Of a DNA stretch of 64,000 bases, positions 13,821 to 26,659 are shown piece after piece. The notes below the pieces were generated by a model, which worked only from the letters and a program-made list of their open reading frames with translations, was not told the origin of the DNA and did no database searches. Location of the stretch: positions 1 through 64,000 of the forward strand of contig JAVECL010000036.1 in assembly GCA_051942245.1 (NCBI GenBank). The letters are read 5' to 3'. A program made the position numbers and the translations under genes. Within the stretch, counting starts at the first letter, position 1, and each line of letters begins with the position of its first letter. The stretch is from Trypethelium eluteriae. Taxonomy: Eukaryota.

Positions 13821-14975
13821 ATGGATTCAGCTACTCATTGGTCTACTCAAAATATGCCGGCCCTTCGTACCATTTGGGAGAAAGCTACAATGAATCAGAG
13901 AATGCGTTGCACATTCTTCGAGATCAAGACTCTGTATTTCAAGCGTCAGTTTAGGCAATGCGTGCAACTCTGTGAACAATTCTTGTCTTGTTCAGAAACG
14001 GTACGTTCAGCACATCCTTTTAAAGCTTGCCCATCTTTCCTGCATCTCAGTTTCCGTGGATAGGGTGCTGATAGTACTGATATTTAGACGAACCCGGTGT
14101 CTATGACTTATACTAATTTTTATTCGGCGTTGTCTTACGAGGGCTTGGCGCGCGCGATGAGCAACTATGCAACGAATAAGCTATCGACCCTGGAGCTCGC
14201 CGAAAGTTATTACATTGCGGCCTTGCGATCATTGGCTTCTGCCAATGCTTTCAGTGGGAAGCCCATACCTAGCTTGATGTCTCAAGACTCCATTTTTGAG
14301 ACATTGACCCATCTTGACCACTCACAATCTCCATACTATGTCACGACGAATGAAAGCCGTCCAAAGTCAACATCATCTACCTCCTCTATGGCAACGACAG
14401 TCGATGGAGCTTGTCTTTCGCAGTCCTCACGTGCATCGTCCGCATGCTCATCAGACTGGGAGCCAACAAAGCTCGGATGGGAAGGAACTCCTGGAGCACA
14501 ACGATTCTCACAGGGTGACGGCTCGTCAACGACATCAGTGGAAAGTGGCAGGACACCATCACCTCTCTCACTCAAGTCAAGGATAGTGCCTGCGGTACTT
14601 CCTGTCTGCCGTAATGTAGAAACAGCATCTCCTCCCGCCTCGCCCACTTCACCCGGCTCTACCGAAGACTGGCTTCTTGCTCGCTCCAAAGCCAAATACA
14701 CCCTCCATCTTGGCACTCTTCGCGACCAACTGGAATACCACATCCGTGCTGTACAAACGCTAAAAGAGGCGGCCTCGAATACTCAGCAGAGGAAGAGGCT
14801 AACATCTGCGCCGGCGAGCTATTGGGTGCTTCCCACAGGGACGATGAGTGAGGAGGACAAGGCGGAACGAGTTCGGGAAGGAAGAGCCAGAGGGTGGGAA
14901 AGAAAGAATGTGTTTGGGGAGAAGGGGGCGGAAAGAATTCAGATGCTTTGCGAGCGCGCACTAACAGAGCTGTGA
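13821..14975 (+). CDS. Hypothetical protein with a Ser-rich middle region, 2 exons
   Basis: Exon 1 ...YFKRQFRQCVQLCEQFL, then intron 14001-14087 (GTACGT..CTGAT..TAG), in frame with ORF 14097..14975 ending RIQMLCERALTEL. Confidence 0.75.
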
Positions 14976-17900
14976 AGGAGCACGAGGTCCTAGAGGGGCG
15001 AGGGAGAGGACCTTAAGTTGATGCTGAGGGGCTGAAGTTGTACAAGAAAATTTGGAGACGGAATTGGGATGGAGATAATTCTTTCATGGATGTTTGACTA
15101 TGAAGATGACTTCGATGTTTTCCGGAAGCGGACTGTAGATGCTTTGTATTTGTACATTCGCCGAGAAACTTAGGATACTTACGAACCACAATCTTGATGA
15201 ACTTCGTCATAGTATAGTGGCATTGCTGTAGATCGATCGATGCCTTGGTGTCAACTCTGAGTAGACATCGAACGTGGTTTCGGTTTTGCTCCTCGAGAAG
15301 ATCTGGAATAAGGAGAGGTTGTCAGAAGAGTGGGTGTTCCATTCGACATCAGCTATCGGCCGAAGCAACGTGGTATTGAAATTGGGGCAGGCAAACACGA
15401 ACACTTCCCGAAGTAGACGAATCTCGGTAGCGTCGAGAAGGATTGGTGATCGTAGCTGTGGAACGACGAAAATGGAAGTGGTGATTACTAGGAAAACGTC
15501 ACAAGGTAACTAAGAATAAGAGAATATTATCGAGCCAACTCAGACGATTCCAAACTGGCTTCCTTCACAAGCATGTTCTTCGTCCGGCCTTTAGGTTCCC
15601 GTTTCTTTCTTTCTCCTTTTTTTTTTCTAAAGAAAAAAAAACAGCACTAGACACTTCTATGTCAATTTTCTGCCAAGTTGGAGACTAACTCCCGGCAAGT
15701 CAATTTCCACTGCTTGTGAAGATAGTGGTGGCGAATCGATAGAAATGAACCTTGAAGCACTTTAATGCTTTCAACGTGAGAGACCCTCTCTGATCAGCAG
15801 GTATCTTATGTCGCTCAAACGGCGTTAGTCTCAAGGCGCGATTCTGAATGCAAGCTTCCAAGAACAGGTGCTGCGCGCCAATGCGTCGCCGATGCGAGCT
15901 GCATTGACAAGTGATCTAATTCACGACCCCAACCAGAGTAACATGATAAACGTAACTAAGAGGTCAATGAAAATACCCACCTCCTGCATCGATAATGAAG
16001 TTCGCACTAGCGCACTTTGAGAGAGAAGTGGTATGTGACTGTCTGATAAGCAGGTTCCATCTTGGGGAGGGGATTTGCAAAGGTGGTGATTCGCCATTGA
16101 CCCTTAGGAGAATTTCCCACTAGTTGCAGGTAGGCTGCGCACATGGTGCTGCAGACATCAGACGCAGGAACGTGATGCATGTAATAGGTGCAGGACTAGG
16201 GCTGCCTTCAATTCAAAAGAAAACACAACGTGGTAGATACTCGGTCCCTCAACGTGGTGGCCACAGGATAGGTACAATCTTGTCAATCCGTCTAAATTGA
16301 GCAAAGGACGGCTTGTGGATAATGCCTGAATCTTTCTAGTTGAAAGGTCAGATGACTGTCCTGTGGAGTGCATTAACAAGACGAAGCAAGCTGGGTCACA
16401 TTAAAGGATCCCTTCGTCTTTGCAGCATTATTAGGGAAATTGTATCTGCGATACACGAAGAAGTCGCAAGTTGTGGAGATCGAGCGTCTGAGCGACAAAT
16501 CTGGGCGAGCAAATAACCGCGGGCGGCAGTGCAGTTGGTGTTTCGCCTCCACGCTTTGCACTCGGGCTTTCACCCTGTTGGAGATAGCTAGTTAACGGCT
16601 CCGCAAACAGGGGTGAAAATAGACGTTGGATTAAGCTCGCCCTACTCGTCACTGCTATCAGCAGGCATAGGATCTTGACCTTGCGAGACCACGCGGCGGA
16701 AGAATAGTTAGCCATCCGGTAGGGATATTATAGAACGGCCGGGTCTTCTTGTCTGAAAGATACTGCGGCTACCGAAGTCCCAGACTCGAAGATGTGTTGC
16801 AGGAGGCGATTCGATTTCTCGTCATCATCTTAATATGACTGTCAAGATGACTTGACACATTGCGCGAGAATACTGTCTGGTGTATTTCAATGACCGGGAT
16901 GCTCATCGTCTCTACGCAGGCTTGTAGGACTTGTCCATAAGCATGTGCCGAAGAGGGTTTTCATGTATTCGTATTCATAAGCGAGAGCCGATTGCTCTTG
17001 GACCGCTGGCGAGATCAGTGCTAGTCCGATGTCTATTTAAGATCCGCACATGGGGATCATTGAAGCCAGAGGAAACGATACGTGTGTGAGTTGGACCTCT
17101 ACATTCAGCAGCACAACGCCCTCATCATCAGTCAGTGGATTTCTTGCAGATACCAGAGAGCGTCATTGTTCGGGTCGTCCCGGCGGACGGAGAAGCCACG
17201 ATGGAGGCACCGGAGGTATGAAAGGCGGAGCAGTTCGTCGTAGAGCAGCGTCTTAGCCCACGGTAGGTACCGAAGTGCTGAGGTTGAATCATCGCACCCA
17301 TCGCATAAGATAACTAATGCAGGTGGTGGAAATGACAGAAAGGGGAATAGGGGCCAAAGAAGTGGCGTGACGGTTTTGAAGCCAGCTGAGGCTAGCGGGC
17401 ATTGATGATTAGGGCGCAAGCCTCAGCTCCCACCAGCTCCCTCTCCACTGACGTCGAATCAGTCCTCGATGCTGTGGATGACTTCTCACTGCTGTGGCCC
17501 ACTTGCTACAAGTGGACGTTACATATCCGGATCCCCGCCATTGTAGTTTTTCCAAGTCCAGGGGTCGACGCCTCAGGAGCTGTTCGTCCCGTTGCAAAGT
17601 CAGTCTTCTCCTCGACTGACTCGTGCGCTGAAAATGTGATCCAGCGCGTGTTCGAGGTCGCGATGCGAACCTTAAGTTAATGAAAATCTCTCAATAATCT
17701 CGTCTAGAAGCAGGACACCCTGCAGGTTAAGTTATAGTATCAAGCAGATAATTGCGCGTAGAGCGGTCCATGCATGAAGCAGATGGCCGGAATGGTTGCT
17801 GATCATGCAATTCAGCGTGCTCGGCTATATCCTAGGGTACTAGGTGGCTAGGTACCGTAATCTACAGACTACGGTGGACTAAGCACCAGTGTACTCCGTA

Positions 17901-18377
17901 CCTTATCTAACCCGAACCTTTGTAGCGGACCGATCCGATAATTGGGATTTGGAACAGTGCCGAAGCAAGCCAGTCAATCACACACCGAGGAGCTCTTCAC
18001 TCTGCACTGTCTGCAGTACCCAAACGCCGTTGGTGGCTGTTCCAGGGTCAACTTTTAGTCGGAGACGTAACCCTGCTGCTGCTGCTGCACCTCTGGTGCC
18101 CTCTTGTCCAGGCCGACCTTCGTAGCGGGGAGGAGTAAATTAAGCGTGGCACTGACTAGGACGTTTTTGTTGTAACTCTCGACCAGCTTTGCCGACAGCC
18201 TCTTTCCATCCTTAAATTATCTCGGGCTTGCCCGAACCCTTCACCTGTAGGCTTCTGAGGATTACTACCCTGTCCCACGCTCTCCGCGTCCTTCAAATAG
18301 GCGCAAGCCCTCCACACAAGTCGCCCAGCTCATCACCGTCAACGCTCACTCCTTCGTCTCTACCTTCCACCAGAAAT

Positions 18378-19478
18378 ATGGGTCTTCCGTGGTCGTGGGG
18401 ACACGCCATATGGGTGACATGTATCGTTGCGCCATTTGTCACTTTCCTCTTTCTCTCCTTGCGTCTGTATACTCGCGGCTTCGTAACGCGATCTCTCGCG
18501 CTCAATGACTGTGAGTATTGGTGCTTGTGCGCCCTGTGAGAAGAGTCGAGACTAACGACTCATGAAGATGTTTCCGCTATTACTATGGTCTTCATCATTT
18601 GCTATAGCATCACCCTCGGGATAGCAACACATCATGGCATGGGCCAGCATGTCTGGACGTACACTAAAGAACTCTCAGCAGAGTATTACTACTGGCTTGG
18701 GGTTGCTTCAGAGTTCTACGTTCTTAGTCTTGCGGGCTACAAAACGGCACTGCTACTACTCTATCTCCAACTGTTCAAGGTGAACAAAATCTTCCGATGG
18801 GCATGCTACATCACTCTTTTTTACACCAACGGCTACCTTTTCTGCAACTTCATCACCGAATTTTTGGGATGCGATCCACCCGCCAGAACCTATAACAAAT
18901 CCATTCCGGGTCATTGCATCAACACCATTGCTGCCAACATTGCTTACGGAGTTGGTCACATGTCTAGCGACTTAATTATCGCCATTCTGCCTCTTTTCAT
19001 GGTTTGGCGACTGCAACTCAAGTCATTCAAAGAGAAGCTGGGAATTTCTCTTGTTCTTACAAGCGGCTTCCTCGCATGGGCAGTCGCATGCGCTCGCTTC
19101 ATCATTTCGACGTATGACATGGTTTCCTACGACCGAACATGGTATGCCGGTATTGGTTTCATGCTCAGTGTTCTTGAGATCAACACCGGCCTGATCTGCG
19201 GCTGCACACCTGCTTTGAAGCCACTATTCCACAGCATCAAGGATCATTCTCAAAGATGGTCCGAGAGATACAGCTCACGAAAACATTCGACCAGCGGACG
19301 TACTGGTTCTTCCGCCTCGAGACCCATGAAGAGCGCCGATAGCTTCCCGCACATGGCTCCTAAAGACTCTCAATCATCGAGTACTCCGCGAAATCAATCA
19401 GTGGACCATGAAGCTTACAGCTACCGTGATAGCAACGAAAAATACGGGCATGCTGCCCCACATCATAATGTGGTCTAA
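18378..19478 (+). CDS. PTH11-like / fungal rhodopsin-domain 7TM membrane protein (no CFEM domain)
   Basis: Family motifs LRLYTR...LNDY, GMGQHVW, K.ALLLLYL.LF, SDLIIAILPL..VWRLQ and LEINTGLICGCTP. Intron at 18511-18567. Confidence 0.88.
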
Positions 19479-20002
19479 AATCCCTTTTACTATTGGCCTA
19501 ATTATGTAATTTGGACATGTTCGTTGTTCAGTCGCACACACAGTGATACATCCTGTTACGATACCATGATCTCTCAATTCTGGAAAGCGAGGCTTCCTGG
19601 CATGGAAGCGCTGTTGCTTGGCAACGTTGGCACGACTAAAGCCACCTTTTTCTTTACGTGGGGCGTTCAAGGCGATCAGGGTGTTGAGAAGAGGCTGTGC
19701 TTAGGCAGACGAATGCGAGGCTGGGTATGAAAGTAGGGATTAGGATATCGTGAGCGTTTCGTATTTCGCATAATCCATGCGATGATTATGTCTAGTGCTA
19801 CGTTTCGAAGCGAAAGTAGTTAAGGGTTTCAGATGGTGAGCATACCGTTAGCTTGTGGCTCTGATCGCATGAAGACATATTACTGGCTAGACGAAATTCG
19901 TCGCTCTCTTCAATAATTGATCTCCGTATCGTGTCAACCCTATTTAATCGGTATCGGTCTCCCAACGCCAAGGCTATGCAAAAGTCATGCGTGCATCATG
20001 CG

Positions 20003-21201
20003 CTACCTTATCAACTGCTGCAAATTCCCTCTAAATCTCGCACACTTGCCCTTTAATACTTTTGCTGCTTCCACAAACAGTTCGGCACTCTCAAATTGTC
20101 CCGTGCTCTCCACCGAAAAGATGAAATGATCCCTGACTCGGCCCAGTCTCACCTTGTCCTTGAACTCGTCGTGCCTCAAACATTCCCTACTCACGGTGTC
20201 GTTGAATGTATCTTTGACCACCGCTTTCTCTTCTCCCTCATGGCCTGCATAACCGGAGTCCCTATTGGCATCAGCACCCGAGACGGTCTCAATGCCAATA
20301 ACGCCTTTGGGAAAGCAGCGAGCAAACTTCCTCGCTTCCTGACCTAATATTGGTTGTAGGATATCAATAGTGGGTAGCAGTCGATATGAAGCCGTTGCTA
20401 CAGGACTAAATTTTGCATGGTCCTTTCCGATTCCTTTGTAACAATGTAACCGTAAATCCAATATCTGCCCGGGCCTCATTTTCGCTACCAGAATATCAGG
20501 ATTCACCGGCTCAACATTTCCAAGAACATCTGGTTGTCGACCGTGACCGTCGAATTCTAATTGATGCGCGTACACGTTCGAGCCCTCATACAGTCGTGTC
20601 GGTTCTCGTTCACCTTGCTCCCATCTCTTTTTCCCATCGTTTCGCCAACTGCAACTTGCCTTCAGTGTCAATACGACACAGTTATCCGCTGTCGGGATGC
20701 TCTCCTGGAAGTTCTCAGGCAGTTCGGCCTGTTCTGCTTCATCGCTTGGTCTTTTGAAGTACCATTGCATGCTCTTCAAGCCTTCTGCATTGGCAACGCG
20801 AAGTGGAATGAGTCCCAACCGGTGAGCTAGGACTTCATCGGCGATTATGGAAGTGTTGTTGTAAACAAAAACGTCTTCGATTGCAAGGGTTGGGATTTCG
20901 GAGAGGAGAATCCGACGTAGGGCATTTGCAATCGAGGTGTCGATGCCAATGAGAGAGAAGACGGATTGGGACGGAGAGCGTTGATGAAACTGAATAGTGC
21001 AGTTCTGAGGGAAATCAGCGCTCTAGGAAGAGAAGTGTTGAGGAGGTCAATCTAAACCTTTATAAACTGGTTGATGTTGAATGAGTGATCCTCGCCAGGA
21101 TAGTGGCCGGGAAAGTCGGTGCTAGAGACATTAGAGACGGTGTGCTTGTTCACACCGACACGCTTGCGTCTGTCCAGCTCTTTTTGACTAGGTCCGGGCA
21201 T
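20003..21201 (-). CDS. RPC40: RNA polymerase I/III shared subunit AC40, 2 exons
   Basis: VSNVSSTDFPGHYPGEDHS, GIDTSIANALRRILLSEIPT, DEVLAHRLGLIPL, GIGKDHAKFSPVATASYRLLP, RVRDHFIFSVESTG. Confidence 0.96.
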
Positions 21202-21402
21202 TGTGGTGGTGTAGCAGCTTCATGGTGGGGTTAATGTCTACGGTACCTCCAAAAATTCTTGGGCTAGTGTATGTGATCCAGAGACGAATTCCGGCAGAAT
21301 CTTTCACCGCCCGAGCGCGGCTCAGAAACATCAACGACGTCGACGACTTTGGCCCTTTGAGCCACTCCATCCCAATTACTCTCCACTCTAGGCTGATTGA
21401 AC

Positions 21403-22946
21403 ATGTCTGCTTCAATCGGTCGTCTTCTCGGCCGCAGCGCCAAAAGACTATGTATACGGCCTCCCTCACGACCGGCACCTCTCCGCCAGCTCTCCCGTCC
21501 CATCTCGACCTCCGTTCCACGCCACTTTGCTGAGCCTGCACAAGAAACGGGCACTGGCACTCGCCTTATACCAGTCGACCCAAACTTTGGCCATCCGATA
21601 AATGAGAATGACCCCCAACACATGAACGTCACGCCCGATGACGGCTCCAATCCCGAGAATCGCAAGATTCGACATTACACCGTCAACTTCGGACCACAAC
21701 ATCCAGCTGCGCATGGAGTGCTCCGTCTCATACTTGAGCTCAATGGTGAGGAGATTATACGTGCAGATCCACATGTCGGCTTGCTCCATCGAGGCACTGA
21801 AAAGCTTATTGAATACCGGACATATCTTCAAGCGCTACCGTATTTCGATCGACTGGATTATGTGAGCATGATGACGAATGAGCAGTGCTTCAGTCTGGCA
21901 GTCGAGAAGCTACTAAATGTGGAGATTCCGGAGAGAGCGAAGTGGATTCGGACATTGTTTGGGGAGATTACGAGGATTTTGAATCATCTCATGAGTGTGC
22001 TCAGTCACGCTATGGATGTGGGAGCTTTGACACCATTTTTGTGGGGATTCGAAGAAAGAGAAAAGCTCATGGTATACTCCCCGTGTCAGATATATCATTT
22101 CGATGAGAACGAAGCTAAGCTAGTTGCAGGAATTCTACGAACGCGTCTCTGGCGCCCGCCTCCATGCTGCCTACGTTCGCCCTGGTGGCGTTTCTCAAGA
22201 TCTTCCTCTCGGCCTCCTTGACGATATTTACCAATGGGCTACCCAGTTTGGTGACCGTATTGACGAAACCGAGGAATTACTCACTGATAATCGTATTTGG
22301 AAAGGCCGAACCCAAGGCGTCGGTGTTGTCTCCGCTGCCGACGCTATCAACTATTCTTTCACCGGTGTCATGCTGCGCGGCTCTGGTGTGCCCTGGGACG
22401 TCAGAAAATCTCAACCCTACGACGCCTACGATCAGGTGGAATTTGACGTTCCCGTTGGCGTGAATGGGGACTGTTATGATCGCTACCTCTGTCGCATGGA
22501 AGAATTCCGACAATCTCTCCGTATCATTCATCAATGTCTCAACAAAATGCCATCTGGACCCGTCAAAGTCGAAGATTATAAGATTGCACCTCCGCCACGT
22601 GCAGCGATGAAAGAGAATATGGAGGCTCTTATCCATCACTTCCTTTTATTTAGTAAAGGTTACACTGTTCCGCCTGGTGAAACCTATTCAGCAATTGAAG
22701 CACCCAAGGGCGAGATGGGCGTATATTTAGTGAGTGATGGCAGCGAAAGACCGTATCGATGTAAGATACGAGCACCTGGGTTTGCACATTTGAGTTGCTT
22801 TGATCAGATTTCGAGGGGCCATCTCCTGGCCGATGCAGTGGCCATTATCGGAACCATGGATTTGGTGTTTGGCGAGGTGAGTGCACTTCTATTCATTGTT
22901 ACCACAAATGTATTACTGCTAATAATTATTGTAGGTCGATCGGTGA
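21403..22946 (+). CDS. NDUFS2: NADH:ubiquinone oxidoreductase 49-kDa subunit, mitochondrial, 3 exons
   Basis: Presequence, then [24 protein letters not shown] and the C-terminus DLVFGE|VDR*. Introns at 22072-22129 and 22877-22934. Confidence 0.97.
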
Positions 22947-23394
22947 GGACAGAGCATGGTCTCGCTATTTTCCTTGTACATAAGAAGTATATGCTGAGGA
23001 CATGAGTTTCCGGCATTGCGTGAATATTCCTACTGCTCATCTTTACACAGCCTTTTGCAAAGCCTATACAGTGTGTAGCATAGGGGTTCTGGCCGAACGA
23101 ATGGCCACAATGAGTTTCTTATCGTAGCATAAAATCGTTTTCTCGGACCTTCTCATCAGATCTCTCACAACGATCACATTTGGATTTGCGGTGTCCTTAC
23201 TGGAAATCACTTGGACCAAATTCTGAATATTCCCACAGACTCGGCCAAACCACCGATGATTCTCAAACTTCATATCCTGCCATGTTGGCTGTAGCCATAC
23301 GATTATATTTGCCTGAAACCGGTGACGCCATGGACATCCAGGACATTTTACTGTCGCTGCCACTAGTCCTTGGGCTTGGAGCCTTTGCAACACC

Positions 23395-25656
23395 TTAGTC
23401 GTCAATTCGGAAAACACGGTCCAGTACTCGGGGCCTGGACGCCGCAAAGAGTGTAACGGCGGTTGTAGCAATTACAACAATGATGTAAGCCCACCAAGGC
23501 GTTTCTGAAGATACCATTGCGATGCTGAACACGCTCTGACTAAGTATTAGTGTTTGAATTCTGGCTTTTATAAATGCTCCAGGTCTTACAGATGCTAAGG
23601 ATGCAGGGAGGTAAAGCTAGTGCGAGCATCTCAGCAAAAATCTTTGGGATGGTCACCGAGCCCAGACTCACAACCGTCATTCTAGTAAGTACTCCAATTG
23701 TCTCGTTCTGTCGCGTGGCAGCGGCACTTTCACGAAGTGATGACGCATTTGTGAGCTATATGTTATTAGGGACATAGGTCGTACGTTCCGTCAGTGATCA
23801 TTGTGATCTGTCTCTACGAACTTACTCCGTTCTTCATTTCCTTGAATAACTCCAGATTTTGTGTAAGTACAAGTTGAAGAGATCTGAGGCTGGAAATATG
23901 GCCCCTGATTTCGGCGATGTAACCCCACCAGAGACTTTGAAGTGCCTCGCCACTGCCCAAGTTAAATTGATCGAGCTCGGCTGAAGCAAAGTTATCCCAG
24001 GCTACGAGAGTTCTAGCAAGCGAGTCACGAAAATGCTGCAGCGTTGACACAGCCCATGTCAGTTGCTTAGTCTTTGAGAGGAAACGGTCATCCACAAAGG
24101 GAAATTTCATGCCTGATTCATCTTCGTTCGCGGTTTCTTCCTGATGTTAATAAGCATGAACCAGACTCAAGAGCAATTTGTTTTGGCGCTCACGTAGTGG
24201 ATCAATCTCTCTTCAAACACATGAACCAAGTTGGTCCATTCCCTGGTTGCTTGCATCATCCGTCGGGCCAAGACCATGAGAAAATATTCTCGTGGATTCC
24301 ACGTCGGGAATCTCAATTCTCTTGAGCCGCCAGAAGGTGCATCGACGCCGTATGACATTCCAAGGTCGTCCTCAAAACCGTCGTGATAAGTTCGGTGGTC
24401 TGGTTCAGTTCCAAAATAGGTATCTACACAGCAATATACTGTCCAAACCCATTCATCTATACCATACAAAAGCATTGATACTTGCGCTTCATGGAAAAAG
24501 TCCTCCTCTTCATTTTTTTTCTGATTCCGAGGCAAAGGAAGCGAACGTGACTTTCGAAATGGCTGGTCGTTTAAAAGTCGTAAATCTTTGAGGCCACGCC
24601 CTCGCCGTAGGCTGAAGAATGGAATATGAAATTCCAGTTCAAACTGCGGCATAAATGTTGAAGCCTACGCAAAGTCAATTTGGCATCAAGAAATCTACCG
24701 ATCTTAGGATATCCATCAACGACATACCGTACTAGCACCGAAGTATGCCCTAGAAGCTACGTGCCGATCCAAAAAATCTCGAAGAACAGTAGCGTTTGCG
24801 GGAGCAACAGTAGCTACAAGCGCAAGCATCGAGTTCGGGCTGGGATCTGCTACATATCTTGAGTCTTGTCAGATTTCTGGGCTCGGGTAAGTTGCTGAAG
24901 TCTTACATTGTTCTTCTTTCTGCACCACAGCCTTGTGGTGGTTGCGGAAGCCTCTATTAATAATTAGCAAGTGCATCTCCAATTGATAGAGAAATTAGAC
25001 GAATGCAGGTGCTGTTCGAGGAGTAATACAACCTTTTTGCGAAGTCTAGAGAAGAATTCTGGCAATTCTAGGGCTGTCACGAGAATATTCTCCCCGCGAG
25101 GAGGGCGTTCCAAATATTCTTCACAGTCCCAGACACGCGAAGCCGAAGTCCCGCCGTTAGGATCATGTCTGTCATCCAGAAGCACGATATCTGTACGTGC
25201 ACAGGATTCTGGTGGTGTCCCAATCCATACAGCCGTATCTTGACCTCGTTGCTGTAAAGCTCTAACATCCGCCGATCCCAAGAAATCCTTCAAGATGCAG
25301 AAGTCGAATAATGTTGATGGGTCTAGGTTTCCAATTCTTCGGGATTGCATGAAAGCTTCTATAAGTATTGATCCATCCCGTAAATCTTGCAACTGGACAC
25401 GGGGTCTGTCAGGGTTGCTGGGAATGAAAGTTCCATCGACGCGCAGTTCATCAATCACGGTCTTATCTTGGGTATGGTAGAATTTGCTCTGGCGTCTTGC
25501 AAATTTATTCTCCCATGAGTGCAACGAGGGTTTAATTTCCCGTGATGACAGATGTGACATATCCATCGAATGGAGCAAGAAGCCCAGAGACGCGTATCGC
25601 ATCCTGACTTTCGCTTTGCTTCTGATGGTCAGCCTCGCCAGGGCAACTGACGCCAT
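23395..25656 (-). CDS. Fungal CorA-like membrane protein with a C-terminal 2-TM hairpin, about 8 exons
   Basis: Spliced exons give ERRTIYVADP, FELEFHIPFFSLR, EAQVSMLLYGIDEWVWTVYCCVDTYF, WNPREYFL, then IGVLTRMTV|LYLPASLAS|SVFSIAM..PWWAYIIVVIA...RIDD*. The start codon is uncertain. Confidence 0.72.
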
Positions 25657-26199
25657 TGTGCAGTAAGCTCTTTCCCATTATCTGACATTAATCGGGCCGC
25701 AAATAGACTTCACACCGTCGTTGTAGCACCGACTAAACTGTTGTATCAGAAGATGTTAGGGAAGAGTATACTGCTGTATCATCTCAATCTTTGGGTTCAC
25801 CACATGGGTGACATAAGGAATGTCGGTGCAGCTAGAGGTAGCCGGCTTTTAGCCTCCCTCCTCCGTACGTTCTAGGAGTACGATACTAGGTACCTCAACA
25901 ACGACGACTTGAGTACTGTAAATATATATCAATGAGGCCATTGGGTTATCAGCGGCAGTAATCTGTCTAATCATCCCATTTAGCTTTACACAACCAAAGA
26001 AGTCCCTAGCAAGATCTCAAGCTGACGTTTCTTCTTGCACTCTAGCGTGCCACTTTTGGTACGGTACCGTAGAGATTGGGCCCCTCTAATTTACCAGGAA
26101 TTTGTGAGGCAACAAGCCGATTGAACCTTGCATATCAGGGATTCGCTTTGGATAATCAGAGGCAATCTGAACTGTCTGGGCTCACAGTATGTGGAGCTA

Positions 26200-26659
26200 A
26201 TGGGTAGCATCTGGTCCGAGCTTGATTTAAACCATACCCTGAGGGAGCTGTATTTTGATGAGGAACTCCGGTGGACCTGCGTAAGTAGCTCCAACGGTCC
26301 AAGCTGCTGAACATAATTAACGTAGATCATCAGTGCCACGCAGGTTGTGGAGCGACGAACTCCAAATCTAAGTCAAAATGTGGTAGTTGTGGTCACGATA
26401 GATGCTGCAAGTGCCTATGGGACTGTGACTTTCCGTTACATCCAACCAAATTTATGTTATGTGCGTCCGAACCCTTTGACGGAGGCTACGTATGGTACTG
26501 CGTAAGTCTGTTAATGACCGACGCTTACAAACCATCAAACTGACAAGCAATGTACGATAGCACAGTTGCGGTGATGGTCCCATGGGTACCTCCAACTACC
26601 CAGCTTGTGTAAATTGCGGCCATCATCGATGTGGTGCGTGTAAGGTTTCGGCCGCATAG
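26200..26659 (+). CDS. Small Cys/His-rich double zinc-finger-like protein (about 115 aa, 3 exons)
   Basis: Exons 26200-26280, 26334-26501 and 26561-26659. Both introns have GTAAGT donors in phase 0. The product has two W-x-C..CG..C-x2-CGH-x-RC-x2-C repeats. Confidence 0.75.

Noticed and set aside
15616..15641. T-run/CTAAAG/A-run inverted repeat
   Set aside because: Low-complexity homopolymers with no sign of function.
17015..17128. Minus-strand C-box/D-box pair
   Set aside because: No guide complementarity that I could recognise and no terminal stem.
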